In this document: positions 1 through 10,614 of the stretch, one piece after another
How positions within the stretch are numbered: position 1 is the stretch's first letter
Layout: the number at the start of each line of letters is the position of its first letter
Assembly: GCA_009783085.1 (NCBI GenBank)
Contig: WRHU01000006.1
Span: 24,819 to 88,818 of the forward strand
Reading direction: 5' to 3'
Source of the DNA: Coriobacteriia bacterium
Lineage (GTDB): Bacteria > Actinomycetota > Coriobacteriia > Coriobacteriales > UBA8131
Length of the DNA: 64,000 nt
The notes under the pieces: model-generated
What the model was told of the DNA's origin: nothing
Seen by the model: only the letters and a program-made list of their open reading frames with translations
The model's database searches: none
Program-made: the position numbers and the translations under genes

Positions 1-2674
1 ACTCAGGTCTGCCAAAGAGCAAGTCGCCCAGACCGATAAGATCCTCTGCGCCCGGCGTGTCGAGAATAACGCGCGAGTCGATGCCTGATGCAACGGTAAA
101 CGCAATGCGGTTGACGATGTTTGCCTTGATGAGACCCGTAATAACGTTGGTCGAGGGACGCTGCGTTGCAACAATAAGATGCAGACCAGCTGCACGTGCA
201 AGCTGGGCAAGACGGCTAATAGATGCCTCAACCTCTTTGCCCGCGACCATCATAAGGTCGGCAAGCTCGTCGATTACTATAACGATATAGGGCATGGTAG
301 CAGCAAGTTCCTCTTGCAAGACTGCTTCTGATTTTTGCTCAGCTGCAGCTGCTGCAGCTGCCGAGGCTGAGGCGCTTGCTGAGTTTTCTGAGCCATTTGC
401 TTGCTGGGAACTGCTCATTGGCTCGCCAAACTCGTCAAGTTCGTCAAGCTCGCTGCTCGCGCTTGGGCTAACGGCAGCCTCAGCAGCCTTGGCAGCAGCT
501 TTTGCCTCCTCGGCAGCCCTGCGCTCAAGTTCGGCAGTAACTTTGACATTAAACTGACGAATATTTTTAACTGCGTGTTTTTCAAAGACCTTAAGACGGC
601 GTTCCATCTCAAGCACCGCCCAGGCAAGCGCACTCGCTGCTTGTGCGGGGTCGGTAATAACCGGCACGTACAAATGAGGAATGCCGTTGTAGAGCGAAAG
701 CTCAACACGTTTGGGGTCGATAAGAATCATGCGCACGTCGCGCGGGGTTGCACGCATAAGCACACTCATAATAATGGAGTTAATTGCCACCGATTTACCC
801 GAACCCGTTGTACCACCAATAAGCAGATGAGGCATGGTGGTGAGGTCGGCAGTAATGGCATCTCCTTCAACATCTTTACCAATGGCGAGCTGCAGAGGCC
901 CTGGTTGCGATGCAGGCAAAACGTCGCCAAGAAGCACCGTATTGCGGGTATCATTGGGAACTTCAATGCCCACCAGCGAAGTGCCCGGTATAGGAGCAAC
1001 AATACGAACCGCAAGTGCGGCAAGTGCGAGCTGAATATCGTCTTGCAAGTTGGTAACGCGGTTCAAGCGCACACCTTCGCCCAAAGAAATCTTATAAAGC
1101 GTGACCGTTGGGCCTGCTATCCAGCCAATAACCTCGCCATCAACACCAAACTCCTCAAGCGTAGCTTGGAGGCGGGCGGCAGTTGTTTTAAGTTCGCTGA
1201 TGCCTGCCTTGGTGGTAGCCTTTTCGCGAGAAACACGCAAAATGCGCTCGTCGGGCAGTTTGAAATTATCGAGAAGCGCACTTGCACTGCTGACGCTGGC
1301 TGAAGCAGCGGCAATTTTGCCCGCTGAGCCATTTGAACCTCGAGTGCTGGTCTTTGCACTGCCCTTTGAGTTGCGAGCGCTGCGACTTGTTGTTCCGCTT
1401 GCCTCGCCTCTGCCCTCTCTGCCCTCTCTACCCTCTCTGCTTGTGCTTGCGCCGTCCTCAAAATCAAGGCTTTCAACCGACAACCTCCCTCGATTAACTC
1501 CCGTTGGCGTAAGCACACTCGCTCCCTGCGACGCAGAAAGACGGCGCGTTGAGCCAAGGTCTGCCGTTGCAGAAAGCGGCAGCTTACCCTGTGGACCATC
1601 AAGGTAGCTCTCCTCATACAAAGCTTCGTCATAGAGATTTTCGGTCGCATACGGAGTTTTACGCAAGCGCGTAGGGTTCATGAAGGCAGCGGCATTGGGG
1701 TCTGTGCCGTTTGGGCCCAGCATATACGCACCCTGAAACGACGGCAGCTCAACGGCGTTTTCTTCCTGCCTTGTTTTTATGAAAGTAACAACACGCTCGA
1801 TAAGACCAGTAATAGAAAAACCAATGAGCATGGCACCTGCAATTATCAGAGCCACAAAAATGATGTTAGTTGGAATCAGACCAATAGAACTCAAACCCGC
1901 CCATGCCAGCGCACCGCCAAGGTATCCGCCCTGACTCATGGCGGCATCGGGCTGCAAAATGGCCTCAGGATCTGCCGCAGCACCCGGTGTTGACGAGCCC
2001 AAAAGGGAGATAACACCGAGGAAAATGAGCGAGAGACCCAGCACAAAACGCAGGGGCGCATAGGTGAGTCGCTTTTTAATAAAAAAGGTTAAACCCCACA
2101 AAATTACGATAAAGGGCAAAAGGAAGGTGCCGAGCCCAATAAATAAATGCACCGTATCGCTTAAAACGCGGGCGACAATAGCCTCTCCCGGTGCCAAGAT
2201 GACCACAAGGAGCACGATGCCTATGACCGTAATTGCTAATCCGATGACATCGTTTTTGACTGTTTCGCTGAGGAGCGGGGCCTTAGGGATAAACTCTTCT
2301 TCTGGCACAACCGCAGTTTTGCGTTGGTTTTTAGCAGGTGCTGAGTTGCGCGCGCCGCCACGACTGTTACTGCGTGTGTTGTTGGCAGCTCCGCCGCGTG
2401 TGTTGCTGGCAGCTCCGCCGCGCGGTTTGCTTGCTTGCCCACCCCGTGCGCTGTTGCGAGCGTTGCTTGTGTTTTTTTGCGCACCGGCACGGGCAGCTGG
2501 ACGAGCCTTGCTGCTGCCTTTTTTCGCAGTGCTGGCGCCTGCGCGCGCTGACGTTGCGCGCGGCTTTGCTTTGCTCTGCGGACTGCGTTGCGCGCTCAGT
2601 TGCGCACTGTGTGCGGTGCTGCACGCGCTACCGCGCGCAGCAGGTTTTGAAGCTCTTCTTTGCTTGGTGTTCAA
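1..2674 (-). CDS. ftsK: FtsK/SpoIIIE DNA translocase (3' end runs off the window)
   Basis: Not in the ORF track because it has no stop in the window. TTG start at 2674 after GGAGG. Translation gives N-terminal TM segments, Walker A GGTTGSGKS, Walker B IVIDELADLMM, ARAAGLHLIVATQRPS and DSRVILDTPGAE. Confidence 0.93.
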   Translation of the reverse strand, partial: MNTKQRRASKPAARGSACSTAHSAQLSAQRSPQSKAKPRATSARAGASTAKKGSSKARPAARAGAQKNTSNARNSARGGQASKPRGGAASNTRGGAANNTRSNSRGGARNSAPAKNQRKTAVVPEEEFIPKAPLLSETVKNDVIGLAITVIGIVLLVVILAPGEAIVARVLSDTVHLFIGLGTFLLPFIVILWGLTFFIKKRLTYAPLRFVLGLSLIFLGVISLLGSSTPGAAADPEAILQPDAAMSQGGYLGGALAWAGLSSIGLIPTNIIFVALIIAGAMLIGFSITGLIERVVTFIKTRQEENAVELPSFQGAYMLGPNGTDPNAAAFMNPTRLRKTPYATENLYDEALYEESYLDGPQGKLPLSATADLGSTRRLSASQGASVLTPTGVNRGRLSVESLDFEDGASTSREGREGREGRGEASGTTSRSARNSKGSAKTSTRGSNGSAGKIAAASASVSSASALLDNFKLPDERILRVSREKATTKAGISELKTTAARLQATLEEFGVDGEVIGWIAGPTVTLYKISLGEGVRLNRVTNLQDDIQLALAALAVRIVAPIPGTSLVGIEVPNDTRNTVLLGDVLPASQPGPLQLAIGKDVEGDAITADLTTMPHLLIGGTTGSGKSVAINSIIMSVLMRATPRDVRMILIDPKRVELSLYNGIPHLYVPVITDPAQAASALAWAVLEMERRLKVFEKHAVKNIRQFNVKVTAELERRAAEEAKAAAKAAEAAVSPSASSELDELDEFGEPMSSSQQANGSENSASASASAAAAAAAEQKSEAVLQEELAATMPYIVIVIDELADLMMVAGKEVEASISRLAQLARAAGLHLIVATQRPSTNVITGLIKANIVNRIAFTVASGIDSRVILDTPGAEDLIGLGDLLFGRPE

Positions 2675-2878
2675 GTAAAGACCTCCGGGTTCGTTTAGGT
2701 TATTACTAAGGTCTTTTGTAATTTTTTTATTATTTTACCATTTGTATCTCAATAAGGCTAGAAAAATTAGCAATTTTATAACTTTTTTGGCTTTTGGTCA
2801 TTTTTGAGCAAACAAACGGCTCCAGAATACGCCGAACAAACATAACCGCTGGTCAGAATGCGCACAGGATAAAACAAA

Positions 2879-2911
2879 ATGCAACAGGCGACTCAAGGAA
2901 GCCTGTTGCAT
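2879..2911 (-). terminator. Probable intrinsic terminator
   Basis: ATGCAACAGGC...GCCTGTTGCAT inverted repeat with a T-rich tail on the minus strand, downstream of the 2951 stop. Confidence 0.7.
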
Positions 2912-2950
2912 TAGTTCCGTACTTAGTTTTGTACTTTGTTTAGTTTTGCT

Positions 2951-3598
2951 TTATTGCGCTGTCAGCCCAAGAGCAAAAAGAAGCAGCCAGATTGACAAGC
3001 CAACTATTGAGGTCACAAGACCTGCGGTTGCTCTTGCTGTGAGGCCTCCAACTTTGTGGGCTGTGTTTCGTCCAATAATGCCCAGCACCAAGCCGATAAT
3101 ACCAGCAATAATACCGCCGAACATCAGCAGGGGAAGAAGGGCAAGACCCCCTCCCAAAGAGGCAAGAGCTGCCTCAGGGTTATCTAAAATTGCTGGACCT
3201 GCAGATGCAACTAGTGCTATTGTCACAACAAAGAAGAGCGGTACCGAAACCACACAAATAATACCAAGAATGAGCGAAGCTAGACCCATGCCACTTCCAG
3301 CGCTGCGGGGCAAGGGAGCCGCATAACCTTGTTGCACTTGGCCATACACAGGCTGACTGTAGCCCACCTGTCCCATTCCTTCTCCCTGCGAAGGTTGTGA
3401 CTGAAAAGTCTCACCTTGGCTGACCGGCTGTGCATAGGTAGGCGGAGTATAGGCTTCTTGGACAACAGGCTGGACAACAGGCTGGACATCTGCCTGCGCT
3501 GCTACAGCGCCAGCCGCTTCAACAGCTACATCAGCTCCACAAAACGGACAAAAAGCTGCGTCACCTTCAAAGGACATTCCACATTTTTTACATACCAT
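2951..3598 (-). CDS. Zinc-ribbon membrane protein (DUF4190-like)
   Basis: CKKC..CPFC N-terminus, Gln/Pro-rich linker, ASLILGII TM motif plus further TM helices; ATG at 3598 after a GAAAGG RBS. Confidence 0.75.
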   Translation of the reverse strand: MVCKKCGMSFEGDAAFCPFCGADVAVEAAGAVAAQADVQPVVQPVVQEAYTPPTYAQPVSQGETFQSQPSQGEGMGQVGYSQPVYGQVQQGYAAPLPRSAGSGMGLASLILGIICVVSVPLFFVVTIALVASAGPAILDNPEAALASLGGGLALLPLLMFGGIIAGIIGLVLGIIGRNTAHKVGGLTARATAGLVTSIVGLSIWLLLFALGLTAQ

Positions 3599-3754
3599 GT
3601 TTCTACCTTTCTCTTGTGTGCGGCTCCTTAATGAAATCTTGCAGAGGAGTGGCACGGGGGATTGCGTGCGGCATACAAGCTCATAATTCAAACACATATT
3701 TCTCTCTAAGCATTTTAGCGCACTTTAAGAAAAACTATGCGCTCACAGACAAGC

Positions 3755-4789
3755 TTAGGCAAGATTGGTGAACCAGTAGTACCACCAACCAGGAATCTCT
3801 CGAAACAAGGTAAAAGGTGCGGGCAAGCCAGCTTTGGGGTCATCGGCAGGAACAGTGCTCACATCTAAGCCCTCCGCTAGATAGAGCATTTTGACGCGTG
3901 CAAGATGATAGAAATTGCTTATTGTACTAACACTTTCGAATCCAGCAGATTTTATCATTTCAACCGTGTTGGCAGCAGATTCCTGCGTATTATCTCCGTG
4001 TTCGTCAACAAGAATGTCCTCTTCGGCAACCCCATGTGCAACGGCATAGTCATACATCGCCCACGCCTCATTGGTACCGTCAGAATCGATGCCGCCACTC
4101 ATAATGAGAACTTGCGTGCGCCCCTGCTCATAAAGCTCAATCGCCTTGTCAAGCCGGTCTTGTAAGGTGAGCGAGGGGGTTCCGTTAGGAAATACATGGG
4201 CACCAAGCACCACAGCCGCATCTGTCTTGTTGATGTATTCCGTTGTGCCAAAACAAAGCATTTGCCCTAAGGGAAATAGCACGCCAACCACACAAACGGT
4301 GAGCGCCACAGCAACAGCAGTTGCCAAGCGCGATGGACGGTTGGCACGGCGTACCAGCGATGCACCAAAAAGTATCGCTGCCGCAAGCAGCACAAAACCT
4401 ATCGCAATAAAAAGTGAAAACGGAAGGGGAAAGCCTAACTTAATATCGCCCTGTAGTGCTGCTCCATACACTCCACCCATATTTTGGAAGGCAAAAAGAG
4501 CGAACAAAGCACTTGGTACGGCCTCGACAATACGAAGTACAAGCCCTCGGGGAATACGTATCGCAAAAGCGTACAGCGAAACGATGAGCGCAAACTGCAA
4601 AATAAGCCTGAGCGCAAACGGCATGAAGCTCAAGTCAATCCACCAGACATTTTGGTTATAGGTATTACCGAGTGCAGCTGCCACCAAACTCAGAAGCGAG
4701 TAGCTCGCAAAAAAGAGTGCGAGGCCACGAGCGCAGGTAACAAGCAACCAAACAAAGGGGTTGGTCGATTGCCGACGTCCAGAACTCAT
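3755..4789 (-). CDS. YdcF/SanA (DUF218) family membrane protein
   Basis: N-terminal TM region; DAAVVLGA, LQDRLDKA, MSGG, NT..SA, FYHLAR and RE motifs. Confidence 0.85.
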   Translation of the reverse strand: MSSGRRQSTNPFVWLLVTCARGLALFFASYSLLSLVAAALGNTYNQNVWWIDLSFMPFALRLILQFALIVSLYAFAIRIPRGLVLRIVEAVPSALFALFAFQNMGGVYGAALQGDIKLGFPLPFSLFIAIGFVLLAAAILFGASLVRRANRPSRLATAVAVALTVCVVGVLFPLGQMLCFGTTEYINKTDAAVVLGAHVFPNGTPSLTLQDRLDKAIELYEQGRTQVLIMSGGIDSDGTNEAWAMYDYAVAHGVAEEDILVDEHGDNTQESAANTVEMIKSAGFESVSTISNFYHLARVKMLYLAEGLDVSTVPADDPKAGLPAPFTLFREIPGWWYYWFTNLA

Positions 4790-6132
4790 GCACCCTCCGC
4801 AGCTGGAACGTTAGGCCCGTTGGTATCCTTGCCCTGCTCGGCAGCCTCTTTTTGCTCGCGCCGCAACACGCAAAGCATAGCTTCTATTGCACATTCCAGC
4901 ATGCCATCGTCGGGCTCGTTGGTGGTAAGACGCTGCAACTGCATGCCAGGCCACAGGATAATGCGCACGAGCGGATTATTGGGGCGGCTGCCCGCCCACT
5001 TAACCGTAACCTCATAACTAAAGCCAGCGATAAGCGGCAAGAGAATAATGCGCGAAATAATAACCAGAATAAGACGGAAAACGCCATTTTCAACGCCAAG
5101 CCCGTCAATAAGCAACTGTACGGGAACGAGCGTAAATACGAGAATGGCAATAATCATGGTCATGAGCATAAAGGCCGTGCCGCAACGTACGTGCAGCGTG
5201 GGGAAACGACGGGCGTTAGGTACCGTCAAATCAAGGCCGTGTTCATAGCAATGAATGGTTTTGTGTTCGGCACCATGATAGGCAAACATTCGCTGAATGT
5301 CGTTCATGCGCCCGATAAGCCAGATATAAAACACAAAAATCGCAACACGTAAAAAACCGTCAACGATATTCCACAAAATAGTGCGGTCACCATAATCGCC
5401 CACAATAAGATTGGTGACAATCGCCGGAAGCACCACAAAAATACCAATGCCGAGCAAAATGCCCATAATCATGGTTGCCGTCATAACAGGTTTGGGGAGA
5501 ATGCTTTCGGGGGCATCATCTTGGGAGTTATCTGGGGTGTCTTGGGCGGCTTTTGCAACTGCGGTGTCTGCAGCGTCTGCCGCATCTGCAGCTACCGCGT
5601 CTGCCGCATCTGCAGCGTCTGCGGTGACGCTCAGCTTGGCTTCAGTCTTGAGTTCGACCTTGGTGTCGCTCTCAGCCTCGCCCTCGGCTTTGCTTTCAGC
5701 AAGCTTTTTGGCTTCATTTTCCTCGTATTCAAGACCCTCAAAAGCATACTGCGTTGCAATCTCAAGTGCCTTGTATCCAAGCATCAAAGACTCAACCAGT
5801 GCCGTACAGCCACGAACAACGGGCTTGTACATCCAAGAGTTTTTGTCCTTGCCACTTTCGAGGTCATGTTCCTCAACGTGCATAGTTTCATCGGGCTTGC
5901 GCACCGCAAGTGCCCAGTTGTATTTGCCGCGCATCATAATGCCCTCGATGAGAGCCTGCCCGCCCACGTGCGTACGACAAACTACGCCTGTTTCATCAAC
6001 GGCACGAGCCATCTCGCTGGGAGCTGCAAGCGGTTGCTCAAGAGCTTGCTCTTGGGAGAAATCAAGCTTCCGAGCAGCTTCAACGTTTACTCCGCCGTCA
6101 ATGACCTTACTAGTTTTTACTTTGGTGGTCAT
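4786..6132 (-). CDS. DUF1385 (YqhQ-like) membrane protein
   Basis: VGGQALIEGIMMRG, YHGAEHKTIHCYE, HVRCGTAF and LQRLTTNEPDD motifs; internal Ala/Asp-rich insert. Confidence 0.9.
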   Translation of the reverse strand: MTTKVKTSKVIDGGVNVEAARKLDFSQEQALEQPLAAPSEMARAVDETGVVCRTHVGGQALIEGIMMRGKYNWALAVRKPDETMHVEEHDLESGKDKNSWMYKPVVRGCTALVESLMLGYKALEIATQYAFEGLEYEENEAKKLAESKAEGEAESDTKVELKTEAKLSVTADAADAADAVAADAADAADTAVAKAAQDTPDNSQDDAPESILPKPVMTATMIMGILLGIGIFVVLPAIVTNLIVGDYGDRTILWNIVDGFLRVAIFVFYIWLIGRMNDIQRMFAYHGAEHKTIHCYEHGLDLTVPNARRFPTLHVRCGTAFMLMTMIIAILVFTLVPVQLLIDGLGVENGVFRLILVIISRIILLPLIAGFSYEVTVKWAGSRPNNPLVRIILWPGMQLQRLTTNEPDDGMLECAIEAMLCVLRREQKEAAEQGKDTNGPNVPAAEGA

Positions 6133-6821
6133 GCTCTCACCGCCTTATCAAAGGGGTCGCCACACGTCATTTTGCCCTCAGGGCACGCACCCCTCACGCA
6201 CGGGGCTCCTGCGTCCATAAAAATGTAGGGGGCTGTTGGAACGCATAGTTCAAGCATGCGGTTTCCCAGCTCTTGTATCTCCCATTGCGCGCGGCGACAA
6301 CAACGGAGCGAAAAGAAGTGCAGCAGCTCGCGAATATTCATTGTAACCACAATTTTGCTTATGCAGGCGTTGGGCAGCACATAGCGTGCGTCCTCGGCAG
6401 GAATGCCCGCTTCTACGAGCGCGGCATACGTTTGATACGTGTTTTCTATTGCCGCATCAAATACCGATTTTAACTCGGCGTTTGTTTCTACGGAAGGTGG
6501 TGTTACAATCTCTGGCTTGGCAGAATAGGTAACGTAGCGTTGGCTTTGCTGGTTAAAACTTGCAAGACGATGGCGCACGAGCTGGTGGGTAAGCGCGCGG
6601 CTCACACCGTCGATAGCAAAGGTGTATGAGGCGTGTTCTAAGGCGGAATGATGTCCGCTTTTCATAATGGTCGCCAACACTTTGTTGACTTGTTCTTCGG
6701 TCATGCTCTCCATAAGCTCAGCGGCTCCGAGGGGGGCATAACAAAGTCGTGCTGCCGTGGCGATAGCTCGCTCGGGGTCAGCCGTATGATTTAGCAGTGT
6801 GACGCTCAAAGACGTGTTCAT
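6129..6821 (-). CDS. thyX: FAD-dependent thymidylate synthase
   Basis: GHHSALEH, HQLVRHRLASFNQQSQRY (RHRx7S), EDARYVLP, AQWEI; GAGGAG RBS before the ATG at 6821. Confidence 0.95.
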   Translation of the reverse strand: MNTSLSVTLLNHTADPERAIATAARLCYAPLGAAELMESMTEEQVNKVLATIMKSGHHSALEHASYTFAIDGVSRALTHQLVRHRLASFNQQSQRYVTYSAKPEIVTPPSVETNAELKSVFDAAIENTYQTYAALVEAGIPAEDARYVLPNACISKIVVTMNIRELLHFFSLRCCRRAQWEIQELGNRMLELCVPTAPYIFMDAGAPCVRGACPEGKMTCGDPFDKAVRA

Positions 6822-6926
6822 GAAACTCCTCATTTGCCCTCGGCTATATGTATGCTCTTATAATAAACGATGAGCCAGACACACGCAGCGTCCGGCTCAT
6901 CAGTATCCCTTGTTGTTACGCGTGCG

Positions 6927-7466
6927 TTACTCAGCGGTTTCGCTCGCTGCTTCGGGGGCTTCCTCAGAAGCGCTTTCGGCAGCTTCGGCAGCCTCGGCGG
7001 TTCCCTCAGCAGGAGCCTCTACAGCAGCATCGGCGTTCTCGGTAGCCTCAGCGGTTTCAGCACCATCAGCACCTTCAACAGCCTCAGTTGCCTCCTCAGC
7101 GGGAGCTTCTTTAGAAGCTTTGGGAGCTTTTTCTGCATATTTAGCAGCCTTGGCGGCCTTAGCAGCAGCTTTCTCCTCGCGCGCAGCCTTAGCAGCAGCC
7201 TCAGATGCCTCAGAAGCGGCCTGCTTAGCAGCCTTCTTGTCAGCCTCACGCTGAGCAACTGAACTTGCCGCAGAGCCAAACTTATCCGCAAAACGCTGAA
7301 CGCGTCCACCGGTATCTACAAACTTCTGTTGACCAGTGTAAAACGGGTGACAAACATTGCAAAGCTCCAAGCGAAGCTCTGGTTTGGTTGCTCGTGTTTG
7401 GAAGGTATTGCCGCATGAACAGTGCACGGTGCACTCAACATAATCGGGGTGAATTCCCTTTTTCAT
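6927..7466 (-). CDS. rpmE: 50S ribosomal protein L31 (Zn-binding type) with long Ala/Lys/Glu C-terminal extension
   Basis: [33 protein letters not shown]; AAGGAG RBS. Confidence 0.95.
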   Translation of the reverse strand: MKKGIHPDYVECTVHCSCGNTFQTRATKPELRLELCNVCHPFYTGQQKFVDTGGRVQRFADKFGSAASSVAQREADKKAAKQAASEASEAAAKAAREEKAAAKAAKAAKYAEKAPKASKEAPAEEATEAVEGADGAETAEATENADAAVEAPAEGTAEAAEAAESASEEAPEAASETAE

Positions 7467-7589
7467 TCTCTTCTCCTTAAGCGTCTTGGTTACCGACCAA
7501 GACAGGTGTTGGGTCAAACTCAAGTATGATACCACAAAATGAGCGTTTTTGAGCAAAAAAGTTGAAACTATTTGATGTGAAAATAATTA

Positions 7590-7618
7590 GCAGGCGCGCC
7601 GCAATGCGGCGCGCCTGC
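7590..7618. terminator. GC-rich perfect hairpin (terminator or REP-like)
   Basis: GCAGGCGCGCCGCA-a-TGCGGCGCGCCTGC downstream of the 7678 stop. Confidence 0.6.
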
Positions 7619-7677
7619 CTCTTCATAAACGTATTGGCAGCTTCTCAACTCAGTAAAAAGCTGCACCACCGTATCCG

Positions 7678-8148
7678 CTATTTTGTTTTTGCCCTTATAA
7701 AGGCCGTATCACGAGCCCAGTTCAAAACGAACAAAATGCTTGCCGTTGCCGTAAAGACGAAAAATATGCCCAAGGCCAACAGGATAACTGCGCCAATGAG
7801 GGAACCAAAAATCAGACCAATGCCAGCACCAGCGTCACCGTAACCCATGAGGCCTGCTCCGCCAGCAAAACCAGAGATTAGAACCGAAATGGCACCAAGA
7901 CATACGCCTACAACACCTACCCAGAAAAGGATAACTGCCAAGGTGCGCAGCCAGTTTATCCAAAGGATAGAATCGGCGACCTCTTCTGGAGCATCAGCGT
8001 CGCGGAACTTAAGTGCATCAAAAAAGCTACCGACGCCCTTCTTGAGAGCAGCCTGTTGAGCACCAGCGACAACGCCATCTCTTGAAGCGCCGCAAGCTGG
8101 ACAAAACTGACCATCTCCCATATCAACACCACATTTTACACAATGCAT
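7678..8148 (-). CDS. Zinc-ribbon membrane protein, hypothetical
   Basis: CVKC..CPAC N-terminus, two TM hydrophobic segments, GGAGG RBS. Confidence 0.75.
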   Translation of the reverse strand: MHCVKCGVDMGDGQFCPACGASRDGVVAGAQQAALKKGVGSFFDALKFRDADAPEEVADSILWINWLRTLAVILFWVGVVGVCLGAISVLISGFAGGAGLMGYGDAGAGIGLIFGSLIGAVILLALGIFFVFTATASILFVLNWARDTAFIRAKTK

Positions 8149-8277
8149 AACAACCTCCTAATCATGGAATGAACACTGCATTGCTTCATTATACACAAAC
8201 AACATAAAAAGTAGGATTAAATTGCTCACTCAAAAACAGGTTCTTTTTTTAGAGAGTTTATGGAGGATCCAAAAGGG

Positions 8278-10587
8278 CTAAGAGGAGGTCTTGAGCCTAA
8301 ACTGCATCTCTGAGCGAGCGAGGTTTACAGAAACAAGTTCTACGGCAACCATCTGCCCCAGCCGATACGCCTTGTTAGTGTCATGGTCAGCCCAGCGAAA
8401 GCGAGCCGCCTCATACACGCAGCCCTCATCAAGGGTGTCGCGCTGCACAAAACCTTCTGCGTGTGTGGCACTCTCTCGCACATAAAAACCGTAGCTGTTC
8501 ACCCCACTGATAATGCCCTCATAGTTCTTGCCAACCTGCGAAGCAAAGTATTCGCACAGCTTAAGCTTTATCGCCTCAGACGTAGCTTGCTCAGCCTCAC
8601 GCTCTTGCTCGGAGCAATGCTCACATATCCAGTCAAGTTGCTTGAGCGTGCTTGCCACACTCGATGCATCAAGCGTGCTTGAAGGTTCAAGGTGAGTCGC
8701 GCTCTTTGGTGTGTTCTTTGGTGTGCTCTTTGGCAGGCTCTCATACAGTTCTTTTGTCGAGGCAAAACCTTGTTGCTCAGCCAGCAGACGAAGCTTTAAC
8801 AACCGATGCACCATTAAATCGGGATAGCGCCGAATAGGCGAGGTAAAATGCGTATACGCCGTCGAAGCAAGTCCAAAATGCGTAGAAAACACCGTGTGGT
8901 ACTGGGCACGCTTCATGGCGCGAAGCAACAAGGTGCTGATAAGATCGTACTCTGGCTTGCCCTTGCACGCAGTCAAAATCTCTTGTACCTCAGACGAACT
9001 TTGCGGAGCACCCTGCAGAGCATACCCAAACTCCTGCAGCGTAGGCACCAGCTCCTCAAGCGTGCTTTGTAAAGGCTCGTCATGAATACGATAGGCACAG
9101 GGTTCTTTTCGCTCAAGGAGGTAGGCGGCAACGGTTTCGTTAGCAAGAATCATTGCCTCCTCTACCAGAGAGGTCGCATCGGTTTTCTTACGGAGAAACA
9201 CGTCAACCGGTGCGCCCTGCTCGTCAAGAACAACCCGAGATTCCGCACGATCAAAGTCAATGGCACCCCGCGCACTGCGAGCAGATACCCGTTTTTTGGC
9301 GAGTTCATGTAGCTGTTTGAGTTTGCCTGAAAGGGTTTCTTTTTCTGCCTCGCCAAGCTGCGGCTCCTTTACGCGCAAACCCTCACCTTCAAGCAGCTCT
9401 TGTGCCTGCTCGTAACTCAAGCGCGCAGCCGAGTGGATATATGACGGATAAAACTCCGCACTTTCCACCACGCCATCTTTGCGTACATACATATCAACAG
9501 TAAACGCACGCCGGTCGCAGTGCGGACGCAAAGAGCAGAGATCGTCGGAAAGAGCGGCGGGCAACATAGGGATAACACGATCGGGCAGATACACGCTCGT
9601 AGCACGACGGCGCGCCGTAAGGTCAAGGGCGCTATCCCATGCAACATAGGCAGAAACATCGGCAATATGCACGCCAAGCCTGAGGTTTCCGTCCACATAA
9701 TCAACGGAGAGCGCGTCGTCAAAATCTCGTGCATCGGCTGGGTCAATGGTAAACACAAAGCGTTCGCGTATGTCGCGTCGCTCTAGCTCCTCAAAAGTAA
9801 GGGGGCCTGCGCTGGCAACCACGCCCGAAGCTTCCTCAGCCCCGTGCGCAGCCAGTTCCTCAGCGCCGCACACAGCTGCAGCCCCCTGTTCAGCAAACTC
9901 CCCAGCCCCATTAGCAGCCGCCAGCTCCTCCGCCTCCGCAAGAACTGCCGCACTAAACTCCACCTCAAGCCCGTGCTTGCGGATAATAACTTCCATATCC
10001 ACACCGCGCTCGTCCTCATGTCCAATTATTTCTTCAACAATACCTTGGGCAGGTGCAGTTTTGCCCGGATAGGTGGTTATGCGCACCACAACCACATCTC
10101 CGTCTTTGACAGCACGCTCCCGCGAACGACCAAGGAATATATCTCGGGTAACACGCTCATCGTCAGGAACAACTACATAAAGCCCCTCGGCTTCTCGCAC
10201 TACTCCCACAAGCGTAGTATGAGCCCGCTCCACCACACGTTTTACCGAACCCAAAAGCTCAGTGCCCTGCTGCTCACCCAAAGAGTTTGAACCCTCAGCA
10301 GCTCGCTTGCCCCCCGTAACCCTAAGCTGCTGCGCACTCGTTTTTTGCATATTGTTGCGACGCTCGGCCTCAAGCCGCCTTAGCCGCACCACCTCAACCA
10401 AATCGCCATGCATCGCACCATGCAAATACCCCCGCAAGATGAAATACTCACCTTCGGGGGTATTAACAAAAGCATATCCTTTTCGGGCAACGCTAATAAC
10501 ACCAACACTTACCGGCGTTTTGCCATACCGCTTGCCACGACTACGAGAGCGTGACCGAGAACGTGAACGCGACGACTTGCGACTCAT
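8278..10587 (-). CDS. rnr: Ribonuclease R (RNB family)
   Basis: FTIDPADARDFDDALS, YTHFTSPIRRYPDL, C-terminal S1 domain. Confidence 0.95.
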   Translation of the reverse strand: MSRKSSRSRSRSRSRSRGKRYGKTPVSVGVISVARKGYAFVNTPEGEYFILRGYLHGAMHGDLVEVVRLRRLEAERRNNMQKTSAQQLRVTGGKRAAEGSNSLGEQQGTELLGSVKRVVERAHTTLVGVVREAEGLYVVVPDDERVTRDIFLGRSRERAVKDGDVVVVRITTYPGKTAPAQGIVEEIIGHEDERGVDMEVIIRKHGLEVEFSAAVLAEAEELAAANGAGEFAEQGAAAVCGAEELAAHGAEEASGVVASAGPLTFEELERRDIRERFVFTIDPADARDFDDALSVDYVDGNLRLGVHIADVSAYVAWDSALDLTARRRATSVYLPDRVIPMLPAALSDDLCSLRPHCDRRAFTVDMYVRKDGVVESAEFYPSYIHSAARLSYEQAQELLEGEGLRVKEPQLGEAEKETLSGKLKQLHELAKKRVSARSARGAIDFDRAESRVVLDEQGAPVDVFLRKKTDATSLVEEAMILANETVAAYLLERKEPCAYRIHDEPLQSTLEELVPTLQEFGYALQGAPQSSSEVQEILTACKGKPEYDLISTLLLRAMKRAQYHTVFSTHFGLASTAYTHFTSPIRRYPDLMVHRLLKLRLLAEQQGFASTKELYESLPKSTPKNTPKSATHLEPSSTLDASSVASTLKQLDWICEHCSEQEREAEQATSEAIKLKLCEYFASQVGKNYEGIISGVNSYGFYVRESATHAEGFVQRDTLDEGCVYEAARFRWADHDTNKAYRLGQMVAVELVSVNLARSEMQFRLKTSS

Positions 10588-10614
10588 TAACGCTTCCCCA
10601 CACCTAAACTTCTA

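Noticed and set aside
401-2709. Long plus-strand ORFs (300, 168 and 204 aa)
   Set aside because: Antisense shadows of ftsK, which the track missed because it lacks a stop in the window
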